Shown in pieces: positions 24,187 through 39,482 of a DNA stretch of 64,000 nt. The notes beneath the pieces are model-generated. The model did not search any database. It saw only the letters and a list, made by a program, of their open reading frames with translations, and was not told the origin of the DNA. The stretch is from NCBI GenBank assembly GCA_964016885.1, contig OZ024743.1:224998001-225062000 (forward strand). Direction: 5' to 3'. The translations under genes and the position numbers were made by a program. Positions within the stretch are counted from its first letter, which is position 1; every line of letters begins with the position of its first letter. Origin of the DNA: Eledone cirrhosa. Its lineage: Eukaryota.

Positions 24187-24807
24187 TTAATAAACATTAC
24201 AAGAACAAACGTTTTAATAACTTGAGAAATGAACAAGTTGGATAATATGGTTACTGAGAGGAAACACAATTTAGAGTGTGTGTCTGAACTACTAATGCTG
24301 ATATTTGGTATTAAGTGACTCTTAGTGACTTAAGCAATAATAATCTTTGAAGTTTCTGTGACAATGTAATTAGACACAAAATGAAATCAGCTATAAGCTA
24401 AATATATTCTTGAATGATATTGATGCCATAAAACATAGGAGATTTATGGAAACCAAAATGAAGTTTCAGAATGGAAGACTAAGAAGTCTGTTGTGGAATA
24501 ACTCCCCCACCCTCCTCCAAAAGAGAAAATACTGTAAACAGTAAACAAAACTGAAGTTACTAAATACATATATAAAGACAATCTCATATTTTCTGTGTAT
24601 AAAGATGTGTTCCTTTGTACAGAGAGGTTTATAATTGTTATTAGCATTACATTCAACTTCGAATTTCTAATATGTAGTGTTTTTTACAGAAATATAATTA
24701 CATACACACAAACATACACACACATGTATGTATGGTATCATCATCATCATATTTATCGATGTTTTACGTCTATTTTTGATAAATGATGATGATGATGATG
24801 ATAATGT

Positions 24808-24839
<32 letters not shown>

Positions 24840-26114
24840 CATGTGGAAAAAAAACAAAGAAAAAATAAGTGAAAGAAAAATTAGATTTCATAGCAAATAT
24901 TTAATAGGAGAAAAAACTGAGATAAATATAGTTTCTTTATATGGAGAAATAAGGAAACCTTATGAGCAATGTTTAAAATTTAGAATATATTGGGGTTGTG
25001 TATAGATTTAACGATATAGATAATTATAGTGATGATGTGGAAGATGGTAGTATTATTGATGATGATGACAATGATGGTGGTGGTGGTGGTGGTGGTAGTG
25101 ATAATGATGATGATGATTATGATGGTAATGTTATATTTCATGGTAGTGAAATATAGGTATTGATGACAAAAAAAAAAAAATCTACAGGCGTTAGCAAAAA
25201 ATGAAATGAAAGTTGTTGTTCATTAAGATATTGGCATCATACTGGAGAGACAGATGTACTAAATATGTATATATGATGTGGATAGAGAACACCTTTTGGA
25301 CAAAATATAACAATATGCTGACAATGGAAGGTATTAAAGTAGAAAAAGACTGACATGGATATTGAAGTGTTGAAATTACATCTCAGGATATTGGGCCTCA
25401 TATGAGATAATGGAATTGAAAGGAATGGCAGAATACTGTACAATACATGACAGTGTATAAAGGAAAGGAAAGAAAAGCAACCAGTTGTTCGACTAGAACT
25501 AAGAAGTTATGTTTCTATTGGCATTTCCATTGCTGATACTCTCAGCTGGTTGCCACTCTTGGCTGAAGCATCACTGATTTTCTGGTGACAGTAGCAGGAT
25601 TTGAACACAGGGTATATATGGCTGGATCAGATATCATAAGGCATCCTGTCTGATTTCTTTAACAATTCCAGCAATCTACTGCCTCATAGACTGGTACTTA
25701 ATTAATTGAACCTCAAATGATGAAGACTAAAGTCTACCATAACAGGATTTGAACTCAAAGTATAGAGAACTGGAAATATATACTGAGGGATTTAATGTGG
25801 CATCTAAAAATTCTGCCAATTTATCAGTGTATAAATTATAAAATATGATGTTATGAAGAAGAATGTCATAAAAATGGAAAGCTGTTCACAGATTGAGTTT
25901 TATATGAAATTCTTTATGTTATGCCAAATCTAAAGATAAATTAAGATATGTTTTTTTCCAATAATGGAAATGAAATATATGAAATAAAATTTAAACCTAT
26001 GATTTCTAAGTGTATTCCAGGAAGTAATAATTCTAGATAAAATTCAGCACTTTATATTAGTTTATCTCTTGATATCTACTGAGTCAAATAATTTCTGGTT
26101 CTATGCAACAAAAG

Positions 26115-26490
26115 TAAAGGTACATGGACTTATGGTTAGTGTGTTTGACTCATAAGCATAGAGTTGTGAGTTCAATTCCTGGACTACACTTCATTTCACA
26201 TTGCTTTTCACAATAGGAATCTCTCATTAAAAAACCTGAGAAACTTCTTATGAGATGCAACATCATAAGAGGCCAGCTAAACATGGCTTTCTATTTAAAT
26301 GTAAATTTTCTAACGTAATTTGACTGCTCCAGTTTACTCAGCTGAAAATGAGTACCAGAAAACGGTAGCTGGGGATTAAACCTGTGATGGACTGATGAGC
26401 TATCTAGAGGGGAATCTTGTACTCTTAGTTACTCAAGGCTAATGAAACCAGGATAAACTCTAACCTGAGGAGTATCTGAGATTGGGATAG
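26115..26490 (+). mobile_element. tRNA-derived SINE family 1 (tail type b) with ~120-bp internal insert
   Basis: Head 'gacttatggttagtgtgtttgactcat..gagttcaattcc'; SINE resumes at 'tgctccagtttactcagctg' near 26324. Confidence 0.65.
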
Positions 26491-29400
26491 CCTTTAATCT
26501 TTTAAAATTTTATTTTTTATGTTTGATTAAGACTAATATTTTGTTACAAATGTTTACTGGTCTGACTTAATAAATAAAAAAAAAATGGAATTAAAAAATA
26601 AAAATACTTTGGAGCACCAAAACTGGAGAACAGGACCATCAAGTGAGATGATTTGTGAATCTAATAAGTTGTTTGTAAACAAATATATTTTCAGTATGAT
26701 AGTGCCAGGCTAAAATGCACTCAGTCCACTCAGAATGTGGTAGTGATGTTATCACAATAAAATGCACCCAGTACCCACTGTAAAGTGGTTGATGTTATGA
26801 AGGAAATCCATCTGTAGAAACCATGCCAATATGGCATGAGAAGGACAAGGTCATACAACCTATGCCAGTGTGAAACAGACATAAAATGGTGACGATGAGG
26901 GTGATGATATAATTATTTTTGAAGATGTAAAATTTTGATAAAATTTCTTAAAACTAGTAAGAATTTATTTACCATTGAAATATCTCACAGACATAAAAAT
27001 ATAAACTTGAAATATTTTTATCTTGTACCCAATCTATGAAAACTTTAATGGTGGTGATGATAATTATCATGATTTCCAAAAGGTCTCAATTTTTTCAAAA
27101 TGAATGTTTATTATTGATTTGTTAATGTATTTTTTATTTCCTTCTAAACTATGAAAATTGTTTGATAAATAGATATTTTACTTGTTCTTCATCTTCCATT
27201 TTCTTTTAAAAGATTTTTAAAAGTAATCATATGAGAAAATCCCAAACATTCCCATTGATATTCATTATTTTTATTTTTTTAAAGTAATAGAGCATTGTTT
27301 TTAACTGTGGTTTAAAAAATATATAAGGAAGTGTTAAACCCACAGTCTACCAAGATTGTCTCACATTGATTCTGAAAATTATTCAAAAGCAATCTTGATA
27401 AGAAGGATATATCTTTTTAGTTTTTATTTAAATAACAATTTCTGTTTTAAGAAGGAAGAAATTTGAAGTGGTTTTGACAAGATGTGAGATAAAAGTTCTA
27501 GAGAAACATTTGCAAATTATTACATTAAAGTGAATAAAGGATAGGCTAGATTTTTCAATGGATTTCTATCTTCATCTGATAGAATGTCACAAAGATGTGG
27601 CAGCTGCTATGTTTTCTAGCTGATAAAGCATTGAAGAATTGTCCAAGATATGATTCTCACCAGCTGGAAAATAAATAGTACTGCAGTCTTAGCCACTGAT
27701 TACTTTTATATAGCTAAGTACCATTCATATTTCAAGAGAAGTGTTAAAGAATGAGTTCATAAAATTCATTTACATTGAAAACAGAATGGCAATCATATCT
27801 TTTGCAGAGAGACTTGTCAGATAATCAATATTCTCAAGATACATAAAATTAACTCATTCATAAGCTACAAAGATTTGTGGAGCTGATAAAAATCTCTAGC
27901 TTTCTTCATGTTAAATTGTTGCAACAGAAATCTTTCAGATGATAAGAAATAAATCTTCTGAAGACTAACTTCAAAAGACAACAGCTCTTTAACAGCTAGG
28001 CAATCTGAAATAAAAATAGTCATGTTTCTTTCCCAAGAGAAAAAAATAAAACCTGTCACTTGCTATAACTGAAAAAGTATATGATAAAAAAGGTGTCAGA
28101 GTATTTTAAAACTTGGGTATGGTCTGGTCTTTTCCCATCCTCATTTCTGTGGATTGGGGACTGTAGACAATCTATATATCCATAACTCTCATCAGAAAAA
28201 ACGTGATGTCAATGGGTCTTGAATCCTTATCTCATCGTACTCAGAAGGTGGCGAACGAGTCACTTCTCATTTGACTTCATCCCGAGGAAAAAGCCATTGG
28301 CCACTTGGAAGGTAGTTGCCTAAGGGACTAAGGAATTCCATCTACCTAGGTTTTGAAATTAGAGTGAGCCTTCTCCTAGACATACTGCCAACCAAGGCTA
28401 ACAAGCTCTATCTACCCATAATTATTTTATTTTGAAAATAGATTATTTAAAGCTATCTCCAGTTTTATCCCTTTTGTTACCATGTTTATAATAAATGACA
28501 CTGCATACGATTTTCAAATCACTTTGAAAATAATAGTAGATTTAGAGAGATTTTGTAATATAACTAACTTTATCATTATGAAGCTGGTGTTTGGAACATA
28601 ACTTAATGTTCTTACATAAAATTATGATGTAAGATATTTAGATAAATATAAACACTTTAAAGTAAACGGCTTTGCATTGTCAAACCAGGACTGGTTTCAG
28701 CCAGTATGATATCAAAAAGTTTAAAGCTATTTTCAGCTTTAAAATATTTCTGAAAGTTTGCTTGCTGTGAAGTATACATAAAATGCAAACAAGACAACAG
28801 GGTTCTATAGACTTATGGAACTAGAATAATGAAATAATATACTATTTTATCATCTTCCTCACCATTACCACCAAATGTACAGATATATTTTATCATGGCA
28901 CTAACATTACCACTTTACAGGGTGTAATAGGTGAATTTTATCATGAATTTTATCACTACCACTTTACAGAGTGTTCTGTGTCCATTTTACCAGGGCACCA
29001 ACACTACCATTTTACAAAGAGTAAATAATATACTAGTTAAATTAAATGTATTTCAGAATTTGGACAAATAGTAGAATTATGCATTTAGTCTTACCTATTC
29101 AAATTCCTCTAGTAGAGCGTTTGTAAAATTTCCATAATTTTTGTATGAAGTACCAAATGTTTTTGAATTTTATGTTCTAAGGTAAAGACATTGTTAAGAC
29201 ATTGAAGTAAAATGTAGTAAATAATCTATTAATACAACCACCCCAAAGAATATCTTCCCTTTTAAATGTCAGGTACATATGTAGTTTTGATGTAATCATC
29301 AAGAAGAGCTTGAGATGGTATTGGTAGAGTTGATTGGACAATCGTAATCAACAAAATCTAACAGAATATATGTAACCTTTTTGATACTAACCTTCACTAA

Positions 29401-30096
29401 AACCTACTTTGGTTCTATGAAACAAAGCCACCCATTTTAAAGGGTTCTTATTTAAATTAAAATCTTCCAAAAGAATTTTATATAAGAACCCCACATTAAG
29501 TTATTATCTTTGTTATAAAATAATTCATAATTTTAGTAAATAATTCCTCAAAATTCTTCATTAATTAATTGAAAGAGAGTGTATTTCATTAAAAATATGG
29601 CTGCGAGAGAGTTAAAGATAAGATAAAATGACAGTCTAGGCAATATTAGGAAACCTCGTTTATCAATCTACTCATTGTTTCTGTATAGAGAAGGATAATT
29701 ACAAATAATAGACTGTTTTATGTTATCAAATATAATCTTTTATCAATCAAAACACAAAGTATATTAGTGTGTTGTGAAGCCAAAGAAATAACTGATTCAG
29801 GTAGATCACTTCATTTAAGAGGATTTATTATTCTCCGCTGAAACAATTTTCCCAAACTACTATTCTTGAATCAGAAGTATGTACATACCCATTCAAACAG
29901 ATTGTGTGCTACATAATATCGGTTTCTAATTTAGTCATATGGCCAAAAATTTGGGTACTTTATTTTATTGACCATATGAAGATGACAATCAAAGTTGACT
30001 ACAACAGAGTTTAAACATAGAATGTAAAGAACTGGAACAAACACCACCAAGTATTTTGTCCAGTGCTATAACAATTCTGCCAAGCCACCAATTATA

Positions 30097-30870
30097 GTTT
30101 CTGATTTAGGCAAAAGGCCAACAATTTGGGGGGAGGAGAAAGTAGATTAAATTGACCCCGGCACATTGCTGGTGCTTTATTTTATTGACCCTATAAGGAT
30201 AAAAGGCATAGCTAACCATGTCAGGATTTGATCTGAGCATAAGAGGAATCAAATGCTGTGTGCAGGAGAGGCGGTTGCGTTGGTATGGACATGTGATGTG
30301 TATGAAGGATGACAGCTGCATAAAAAGGTGCAGAGCACTAGAAGTCAATGGAAACCATGGAGTGGGGAGATTCAAGAAGACCTGGGATGAGGTGATAAAA
30401 GCCAACCTTACCCAATTACACCTCTCAAAGGCGATGACACACGACTGTGACCTCTGGCGCCACGCAGTAATACCCAACCTCCCATGGGTACAAGCTGAAG
30501 CATATAGACAATATGCCCCCATACCTTCCCACTGCAAAGTGGTCATGGAGGTGCCACGGCAAAAAAGCACCCAGCCGACACTGTAAAATGGACGTGTAGG
30601 CGCCACGGCAAAAAAGCACCCAGCACTCACTGTAAATGAGGTTGGTGTTAGGAAAGGCACCCAGCTGTAGAAATCAAACCAAAATCAGTTCCTATATGAG
30701 CAAGGCATGGTCAGCCGACCAGACACTGCCCACAACAAGACAACTCGTCTAACCCATGCTAGCATGGAAGAACGGACGTAAAACGGTGATGATGATGAAC
30801 ATAAAGAGATGTAACTATATGTCACAAAGCATGTTGCCCAACACTCTTCCAATTCTGCTAATCTACCACC
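30097..30870 (-). mobile_element. SINE family 2 copy split by an RTE insertion
   Basis: 3' half at 30097-30236 and 5' half at 30797-30870 ('caattctgctaatctaccaccc') flank the RTE fragment. Confidence 0.7.
30237..30797 (+). mobile_element. RTE LINE 3' fragment (second subfamily)
   Basis: 'IRGIKCCVQERRLRWYGHVMCMKDDSCIKRCRALEVNGNHGVGRFKKTWDEV'; (GAT)n tail. Confidence 0.9.
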
Positions 30871-31113
30871 CTGAAAATCCACCAATAATAGTAGCATGAA
30901 ATTGCAAAGAAGTTTAAACAAATTAACAATACTTAAACTATATCTCAAAAGTTAGGTTTCCACCTTAGGGTCAGAAAATACTTTAGTGTTGATCAGTTGC
31001 CAACTCATTCAAACTTGAGTGCAAGTGATAATAAGGTACTGGTCAAATATTTGTAACTAAACAACAGCTATACACAGACATAATGGACAGCTAATTGGAA
31101 ATATCATCTAGCT

Positions 31114-31448
31114 CAGGGGTCTCAAACATGTGGTCCACACACTAATTTTCTATGGCCCACAGCAGAATAATTTTTGTGACTAATTAAGGAAAATTTGAAA
31201 TGGAAAATTTGTCCTCCTACATTTTGTACTAATTCACATATTCCACTTACTATCATATGTGTATTCATTTGGATGAAAAAAAAAAAAAAAAAAAAAATAT
31301 ATATATAGCAACCAATCAGCTGTACTGTAGATTAGGATTATAACTGGTGGAAATAATGTTGTCCCCCCACCTCATCTCACTTTTGGCTCTCTGTATCTGT
31401 CTCCCAGGGTACAATGACCCTTTTGAGTCTTTGGGTTTGAGACCTCTG
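31114..31448. mobile_element. hAT (Charlie-type) MITE
   Basis: TIRs CAGGGGTCTCAAAC / GTTTGAGACCTCTG; 8-bp TSD atctagct (31106-13) / atgtagct (31449-56). Confidence 0.85.
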
Positions 31449-32315
31449 ATGTAGCTGGTAGGAAAAAAAAAAGAGAATGATTCACCATCACACAACTATC
31501 ACAGTTAATGAGTCCATTTATTTTAAGATAAAAGAGAATGCTATTAAGTGTATTTGGCTGTTATTTCTGCTCGACTGTGGTTATTGTTGTTTATCCCTTC
31601 CTCCAATTAACTACAACAGAATAGATCCATGATCAAAGGTATTCCAGCTGTGACCATCCTGTCATTTACAGGACATTTATTAATACATTATTTAATGTGT
31701 CCTTTCCTTACTCAAAACATAAAGTGCAAATTTAAAGAGATTTAGTTGCTATTGCTAGTGGAATCGAGCAACCATGTTAAGGCTTCCTCCTATGGGCATG
31801 TGTATGTAAGCTTGTGAATATGAATATAGAGTATGATGTGATGTGTGTGTAAATGATTGGTTATTTAATTTGTGCATGAACTCATGGCTTTCTGAATGTG
31901 TAAATTAGAGTAATGATGCAAACATTAATGTGTGTGCGTGTGTGTGTACTTGTACATGCGTACAAACATCACTCGAAACAGATTATGTTTCTACATGTCT
32001 GGTTAAAAAGAAAACCATGACTAGAGCAGCTTTAGAAGCAGTTTATTGCACACTTTTCCATAGATTAGAGTCACTGTTAGCAGGAGGAAGCTGTGAATTA
32101 ATTTTAAAACATGTTTCTCTCTTTGTTCCAGAAAACTGATATTTTTAATGATTTTTTTTCAGTTTTATTTCTTTGTGTCAAACTAACTAAGCTACAGACA
32201 AAAACTTAATTGATTAACGACTAGCGAAATGTCAATGCTTACTATTTGAGTCCAGAGCACCCAACACACCTCTAACCTACAGATGTCCAGTCTCTTTTCT
32301 CTACCTTTTTTTACC

Positions 32316-32605
32316 TGTGAAGACATATGACTTAGTGGTTAGGTCATTTGATCTGCAATTGTAAGGTTGTAAGTTTGAATATCAGTGACACATTGTGTCC
32401 TTGAACAAAAATTTATTTCCCGTTGCTCCAGTTGACTCAGCCGGCAAAACTGAGTTGTACCTGTAATTCAAAAGGCCTGCCTTGTCACACACTGTGTCAT
32501 GCTGCATCTCCTTAAGAACTACATTAAATGTGCACATATCTGTGGAATGCTCAGTTACTTGTAAGTTAATTTCACAAGCAGGTTGTTTAAACACTTGGAA
32601 CACTC
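32316..32605 (+). mobile_element. tRNA-derived SINE family 1 (tail type a)
   Basis: Head 'gacttagtggttagg', central 'gtgtccttgaacaaa', tail 'gccttgtcacacactgtgtcatgctg..gtggaatgctcag'. Confidence 0.75.
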
Positions 32606-35600
32606 GATGGAGGCCCAACAACAACCCTCTTTACTACTACTACAATAGCCTCTGCTTCCTGGAGCTGGTTGTTCATATGCCACCGTGACTTAGGCCTTCT
32701 TCTTCCTCCTCCTCTAATTCTCAATAACATGTCACCTACAACTGAGTCATACACTAATCATTATCTTGACTACACCAATGGGTCTGGTAACACCATTGGG
32801 ATAACCCCTTACTCCTAGACCAAACCAGAGAGCCTGATAAAGTTATCAGTATAATCCCTTGTAACCCCTTGCTCCCAGAGCAAATTAGTGGCTTGATAAG
32901 GCCATGGATACACCCCTTCCCCACCAAACCAACTGAAAAAATATAATAGGGTAAACAGTCTAATCTATAATAAAATCACAAACAGAAAACATTAGGTTTT
33001 AAGTTCTTTTATAATAAATGCTTACGCTTTTCCTTTTAACTTGTTTACAATAGATTTCAATTTAGACTGAATAATAACATTTATAGTGTCCTTCAATCAA
33101 TAAATAAATTGATACATAGCAAAGGTGTGGAAATATCCAAAGCAGTTAAGAAAGTCATGTGGTGTTATGACCTGTCACATTATTTGGCATGGGTGAGTAT
33201 TTTTCTTAATGTGGTCAGAGTAAGAAGTATCAAAAACTAGATTCGTCAGCTTCCCAAACTTTAGGACAAAATTATTATATTTGAGAAAATGAGATGCATA
33301 ACAGAGAGAAGGGTGTGCATATTGTAGAGCAAGCCTAGGATGCTATATACCCAGGTGTCGACACTGTATAGAGTGGGAAACAGCTTGAAGTAAGAAAATA
33401 TGAACAAAATTGTTGGGGCGACACAATAAATAGTTCAATTTCTGCAACAGATGTTTTAAAGTAATTTTCTTTGTTAAACAAGGATTGTCCATGCCTGCTG
33501 GGAAAGGGGTAGCATCACTTATGTTTTGGTGACAGGAAACAGGATATAAACTCAGAATGTACAGTTTGAACAGATACCCAAAAGAATCTTGTCTGACTCT
33601 TTAATGATTCTGCCAATCCCCCACCCCACCCCTGGATTGATACTTTATCAACTTTGAAAGGTAAAGTTAACTTCAGTGGGATTTGAACTCATAGTGCAAA
33701 GAACTGGAATAAATACTGAGGTGTTTAATCTGATACTCTAGAAAAAGAGAAAGTTACATTGGACAATTAATAGACAAGATGGTCATGACCTGTCTCATTT
33801 TAAAAATCATATTTTGCATATATTAATGGAACATTTAACTTTAAAATTCCCATAAAAAATCTTAACCATTTATATTAGGACTCTTCAGTTGTGTCAAAGA
33901 CATGACAACCTCTCTAGTGTTGATGATCTACATAAATGCAACCAGTATACCCTGTAAAGTGTTTAGTGATAGGAAAGGTATCCCGCTGTAGAAAACCTGC
34001 CCCCCACAAAGGTCAAGAGGACTTTTCAGCTGTATCAAAGACATGACAACCTCCCTAATGTTGGTGCCACGATAAAATGCACTCAGTAGAGCATGGGAAT
34101 GTGAAGATCCTAGGCCCATCTGAGCACTCGATAGAGTACAGGAACATATATAAGTGAGATGAAAGGCCCTAGTTGATATGAGAAGTCAGTAGCTTTGTTT
34201 GAGTACTGACTTGGTCTGTGATGACCCATCCAACCCTTGCCAGCAGGAAGAATCGGCATTAAATAATGATGATGATATATGTATATTATTGGTTTTTCAC
34301 ATTGGCATAAGGCTACTAAATTGTAGAAGAGCATGGTGATTCAACTGATCCCAGTACATGCTAACACTTATTCTATTGATGATGGAAAAATGAGAGACTC
34401 AGCTCACCTCAGAATTATTTGATCTCTGAACATTGTGGGATAAATTTAAATGCTTTAAGGCATTTATTCAGTTACTTTATTAATGCTTCTCTTTTGATAC
34501 CAAACTGTCTGAAACCATCCATGGTTCTGATATTAAGCTGTTTTCTTTAAAGTGTTTATATTTATCTAAAAGTATTCAGTCCTAATTTTATTTAAAACCT
34601 TGATTAAGTTATGTTCCAGACATCTGCTTAATAACCAGAAAGTTACTTATATTACTAAATCTCTCTAAATTCAAATTTATTTGAAAAGCATAAGCAGTAT
34701 CTTTCATTAGAAATATGGTAAAAAAAATGGTTAATACTTTTTCAACACATGACATAATCTAAAAGCTTGATGGGTTAAAATCAAGGTTAATGAGTATATA
34801 GGGTAAGAAACATGGGCATATATTGTAATCCAGTTGATCCTTTCATTGCCATATTTATAATGAAAGACACTGCCAATGATTTTCAAATAATTTTTACAAT
34901 ATATGGGGATTTTGTTTTATAGAACTACAGACGGTTTTAGTCAGGCTGGTATCAAAAGGATTAATAAATACGTTTCTTCAATTTGCTTTAGAATCACAAT
35001 TAAAAATTCCATTCTGGAACATTGCCATTAGAATAGTGAAGATAGATATATACTTAAAAAATGGATATGGTTGTAATGCTGCATAGCAGTAATAATGCAC
35101 AATGAGACATTTTGAATATATTGAAAAGGGCATCAAATTTTGTATGATGTTCTGGTAGGACAGGGAGCAAAAAAACAAAAGGTTTAAGAACTGCTGTAGA
35201 GAGTTACAATGTTGACATTCTAAAGAAATATCATCATCATATTAACCCCCAACAAAAAAATATTAACTATTCAATTCATTAAAGTTTTGAAACTTTAAAA
35301 TTAAAATAATTTAGAAAACCTTCATTGGATCCTATAGATAAATAATTACAAATTCTATGTTACACTTCAAAAGCAACTTTAAATAATTAACCATAGTACA
35401 ATAGAATATTAAAAGAAGTTAAAAATTGATGAAAAAATTTAATTCAATCAATGAAGTAGGATTATGATTTATAAACAGAAACAAAACCCAGTAGTAGTAG
35501 TAGCAGCAGTAGTAGTAGTAAGACAGAATTGCATCAGACAATATCTTATATAATATAACAAAAAAAAAAGAGAGAATTTGAAAATTCTTTGAATGATATA

Positions 35601-35653
35601 TATGAAAAAAATAATTTAGGAAAATAAACAAAATGCACACATTAATAAGCAAA

Positions 35654-35699
<46 letters not shown>

Positions 35700-37348
35700 C
35701 TGCTTCATATACATAATGCTAAAGAGAGAGAGAAAAAAATTAAAGTTAGAAACTAGTGCCAAAAGCAGCAATAAAACAAAAGTTGGTTGAAAGCCAAATG
35801 GTGTGATGTTTTATTGGAGCTATGTCGACAACTGCAACAGCAAAAAGTTAAATCTTTCAACATGCACACCTCAATAATAGACATTTACACATATAAAACA
35901 AAACAAAAAAATATAATATAATAAAAAAAAAAAAATTAAATTAACGCAAAGATTTAATGATCATGCAGTGAAAGTTAATGAATGATGTTAAAATGTTGCA
36001 ATTTGTGGGGAGAATATGTTAGAAGAGAATTTCTGGTTGATTGTTAAACAATTAGGAAAATTAAATAATACATGAATGTGAATAAAGAAGCAGTCGAAAA
36101 AAAAAAGATCTTGAAAAAAAGTTATCACTAAATTTAGAAATTTAGAAAGAGCAGTTCACACCAAAGAAAAAAAATTAGAATGTGTTTGTGTATGAGTGTT
36201 TGTATTGTGTGTGTGTTTGTGTGTATGCATGTTTATGTGTGGGTGGGTGTGTAAGAGAGAGAGAGTATGCACATGCATATTTTCATAAGAAATTTCAGAA
36301 TTTTTTTATTCCCAAGCAACATGTAAATTATTTATTAAGATGTACATAACGATTACAGATTTAAATGACTAATTAATAATTGGAGTTATATATATATATA
36401 TATACACATACACATATATATACATATACATACATACATACATATACACACATATATATATATATACACACACACATATATATATATATACACATATATA
36501 TATTATTTTGGGGTGTTTTCTTTGAAATACAAATTGGAAGATACAGAGGTAAAAAGATGGTGAAAATAAGTTCATGCAAACTATGAAAATATCAGAGGTT
36601 TTGTGGAAAGCTTTCAACTTAAAGTTAACAGGCAGGAAGCAAGTGAAGAGAGGTTAAAGATCAAAATGCCTGCTCTGCTAACTCTAAGTTCCAGCAAGAC
36701 TGATGAAAAACCAACAGCTGTGACACAACAATAGATAGAAGCATGGGATAATAAACATGAGACAAAGCCAACAAATTATTTACCAAGGAGGGTGGGGTGA
36801 TAATAATCAGACAAGTGAACCACAAGATGTTCCTTAATATATTTTATTTATATTATTGTTGTTATTTAACTTTTGTCTCTATTTTTTTTAATTTCTAAAT
36901 TTTTATTTTAGTTTTAATAATTTTAAAATTATTTCATTTAAATATCAAGTTTACAAAAGAAAAAAAATAATGATAATACCTGATTAATTAAAAACCTAAA
37001 CACCAGCTCAGTCAAAACTGGTTCTATTAGTGTTTAAATTTAAATGCAAATCTTGGTTTCAGTAAAGTATTTGTATTTTATTATTAAGTTGAAAGTTAGT
37101 TATTTCACTAAATAAAACCTATAATAATTATTGATTACAGTGAGAATTAAAACAAAGGCAATATATTTTTGTTAGAAATATGGTAATGAAATATGGCTGA
37201 TGAATATAATTTCTTTAAATATTCTAAATGTATGATTTTGCAATAAAATCCAGTATAGAATCAGAATAATTTTAAACAGTTTTATTTTAAATATTTAAAT
37301 GTTATTTACAGCTATCCATCATTGCCTCACCCCACAAATTGCCAAATA

Positions 37349-37841
37349 CCATATATACTCATATATAAGCCAAGAAATATGTGACAAAAAACATCGATGG
37401 TAAAATGGGTGGAGGTATGACTTATATCCAAGGTCAATATTTAGCCGATTTTCACGAACTTTAAAATTCTACATAAATGAGTGGTAAAATAGTTTTGCTT
37501 TGAAGCCAAGTATCACACTGGTTTCACTTTTAACATGAAATTTGTATTTCTTATTGTTTTTTAAACGTTTTGAATGAATATGGCCATGAAAATGGTTGGA
37601 AATTGGTAAAAATTCATTACAGAATGGAGTTGTAAAACAAAAACTATACTCTAAATGACACTTAAAACATTTTGAATATAAAAATATTAAAACTTCATAA
37701 ATATATTCTCCACTCATGAGAATTTCAAAACCTCACCATCTAAACACAATGTGTTGATTACTTGCCTCGGCTTATAAACAGGATTTTTGCCTATTTCTCA
37801 AACATAAAATAGAGGGTAGGTTTATATTTGAGTATATATGG
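37349..37841. mobile_element. Tc1/mariner (pogo/Tigger-type) non-autonomous element
   Basis: Imperfect TIRs ta-CCATATATACTCATATATAAGCC / GGTTTATATTTGAGTATATATGG; internal partial repeats 'gacttatatcc' and 'ggcttataaac'. Confidence 0.65.
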
Positions 37842-39157
37842 CATATACCAACAGGAAAGGTAACACTTTTGATACTAATTGTGTCAAAACCAGCTTTGCC
37901 TCTATGTAATAAAACCACCCATTTTAGATTGAATTCTTCCAATATAATTTTATATTAGAAGCATATAATAAGTTACTAATAATAATGAAATAATGAGTAG
38001 TTTTAGTAAATTTCTCAAAATTCTTCATTAATTAATTAAAATAGTGGGTGTTTTGCATGGAAATCTGTCACAAGTGGGCTAAATATGTGCCATCAGTTAA
38101 GAATTTCACTTGCTGATTAGGGTTAGTTATATAGATTACCATAATTCAGTGCTATAAGTTGTATAAGGTTTAGAATTTAGAGAAGAGCTAATAATGTTAT
38201 GGGATTCTATATTGGCTTTGATTTAGATATATAAGTAAATAATCAACTCTATTGCAAATGATAAATGAAAATAGATGTAGTGATGGTGGTTGACTTTAGC
38301 CATACTCATAGAATAGAAGTTGTTAGCTTTAGTGTATAGATGAGAAGTAATCACTAGCAGTAGATGATTATTTCTATAAAGTTCATGACTTTGAATAAGT
38401 TGTACACCATGAGGAGGAAGAATTGGAGTGTCTATCATTAAAACATCTGAGAAACTTCCTATAAGCTACAGCCTCATAGGAAGCATGCTAAACCTGCATA
38501 AATAACATTACATTTTCATTTCATGAGAAGAGGAATATAAAAGAAGCTAATCATTAGACTAAACCCAAGAAAATATATTTCCTTTGTTTTTTACATTGCT
38601 GACATTATCTGGCAAAGACATCACTGCTTTTCAGGTGACTGGAGGTAGGATTTGAACATAGAATGCAAAGAGCTTGAACAAATACTGCAAAGCATCATGT
38701 CTGATTCTTTGATCAGTACTGCCAATCCACCGCCTCTTAACTGGTACTTTATTTATTGACTTTGAATGAGTGAAAAGCAAAGTTGATCTAAAATCCAGAT
38801 TTGAGCAGGATTTGAACTCAGAGTGAAAACAGTTGGAACAAAAACAGGTATTTAACCAATTCATTACCATATTTCTAATTAAAGACATTGCTTTTATTTT
38901 TCAAATAATTTCAAAATTAATTAAGAATTTGGAGGGATTTAGTAAAATAACTAATTTTCTTATTATTAAGTTGCGATTGTGAGTAAAATGAAAAGTTTTA
39001 CATAAAATTATGATGGAAAAATTTTAGATAAATATAAACACTTTAAGACAAACAGCTTTTATCATATAACCAAAAGCAGTTTCAGGCAGTTTGGTCTCAA
39101 AAGGGTAATCTGACACTTTAATAACTTTGCCATTTCATTGCCTATGATGATCACTTT

Positions 39158-39250
<93 letters not shown>

Positions 39251-39482
39251 TGTGAGTGTGTGTGTGTCAGCATGTTATACTTTTGGTTCCTTTGCATTCA
39301 TTTTCTGGCCAATGACTCAAGTGAAAACATTAACCTTTGTCAACCAATCAGGATCCAATGTATGATCTGGATCTGATGGCTGGGAATCTGTAACTGTAAC
39401 AGACCTCATTCAGATTGTTCCTTTTCTTTTATTTTTGTAAGAGTGGGAGAAACTATTTTATACCTCATTATTTCTTAGTATA

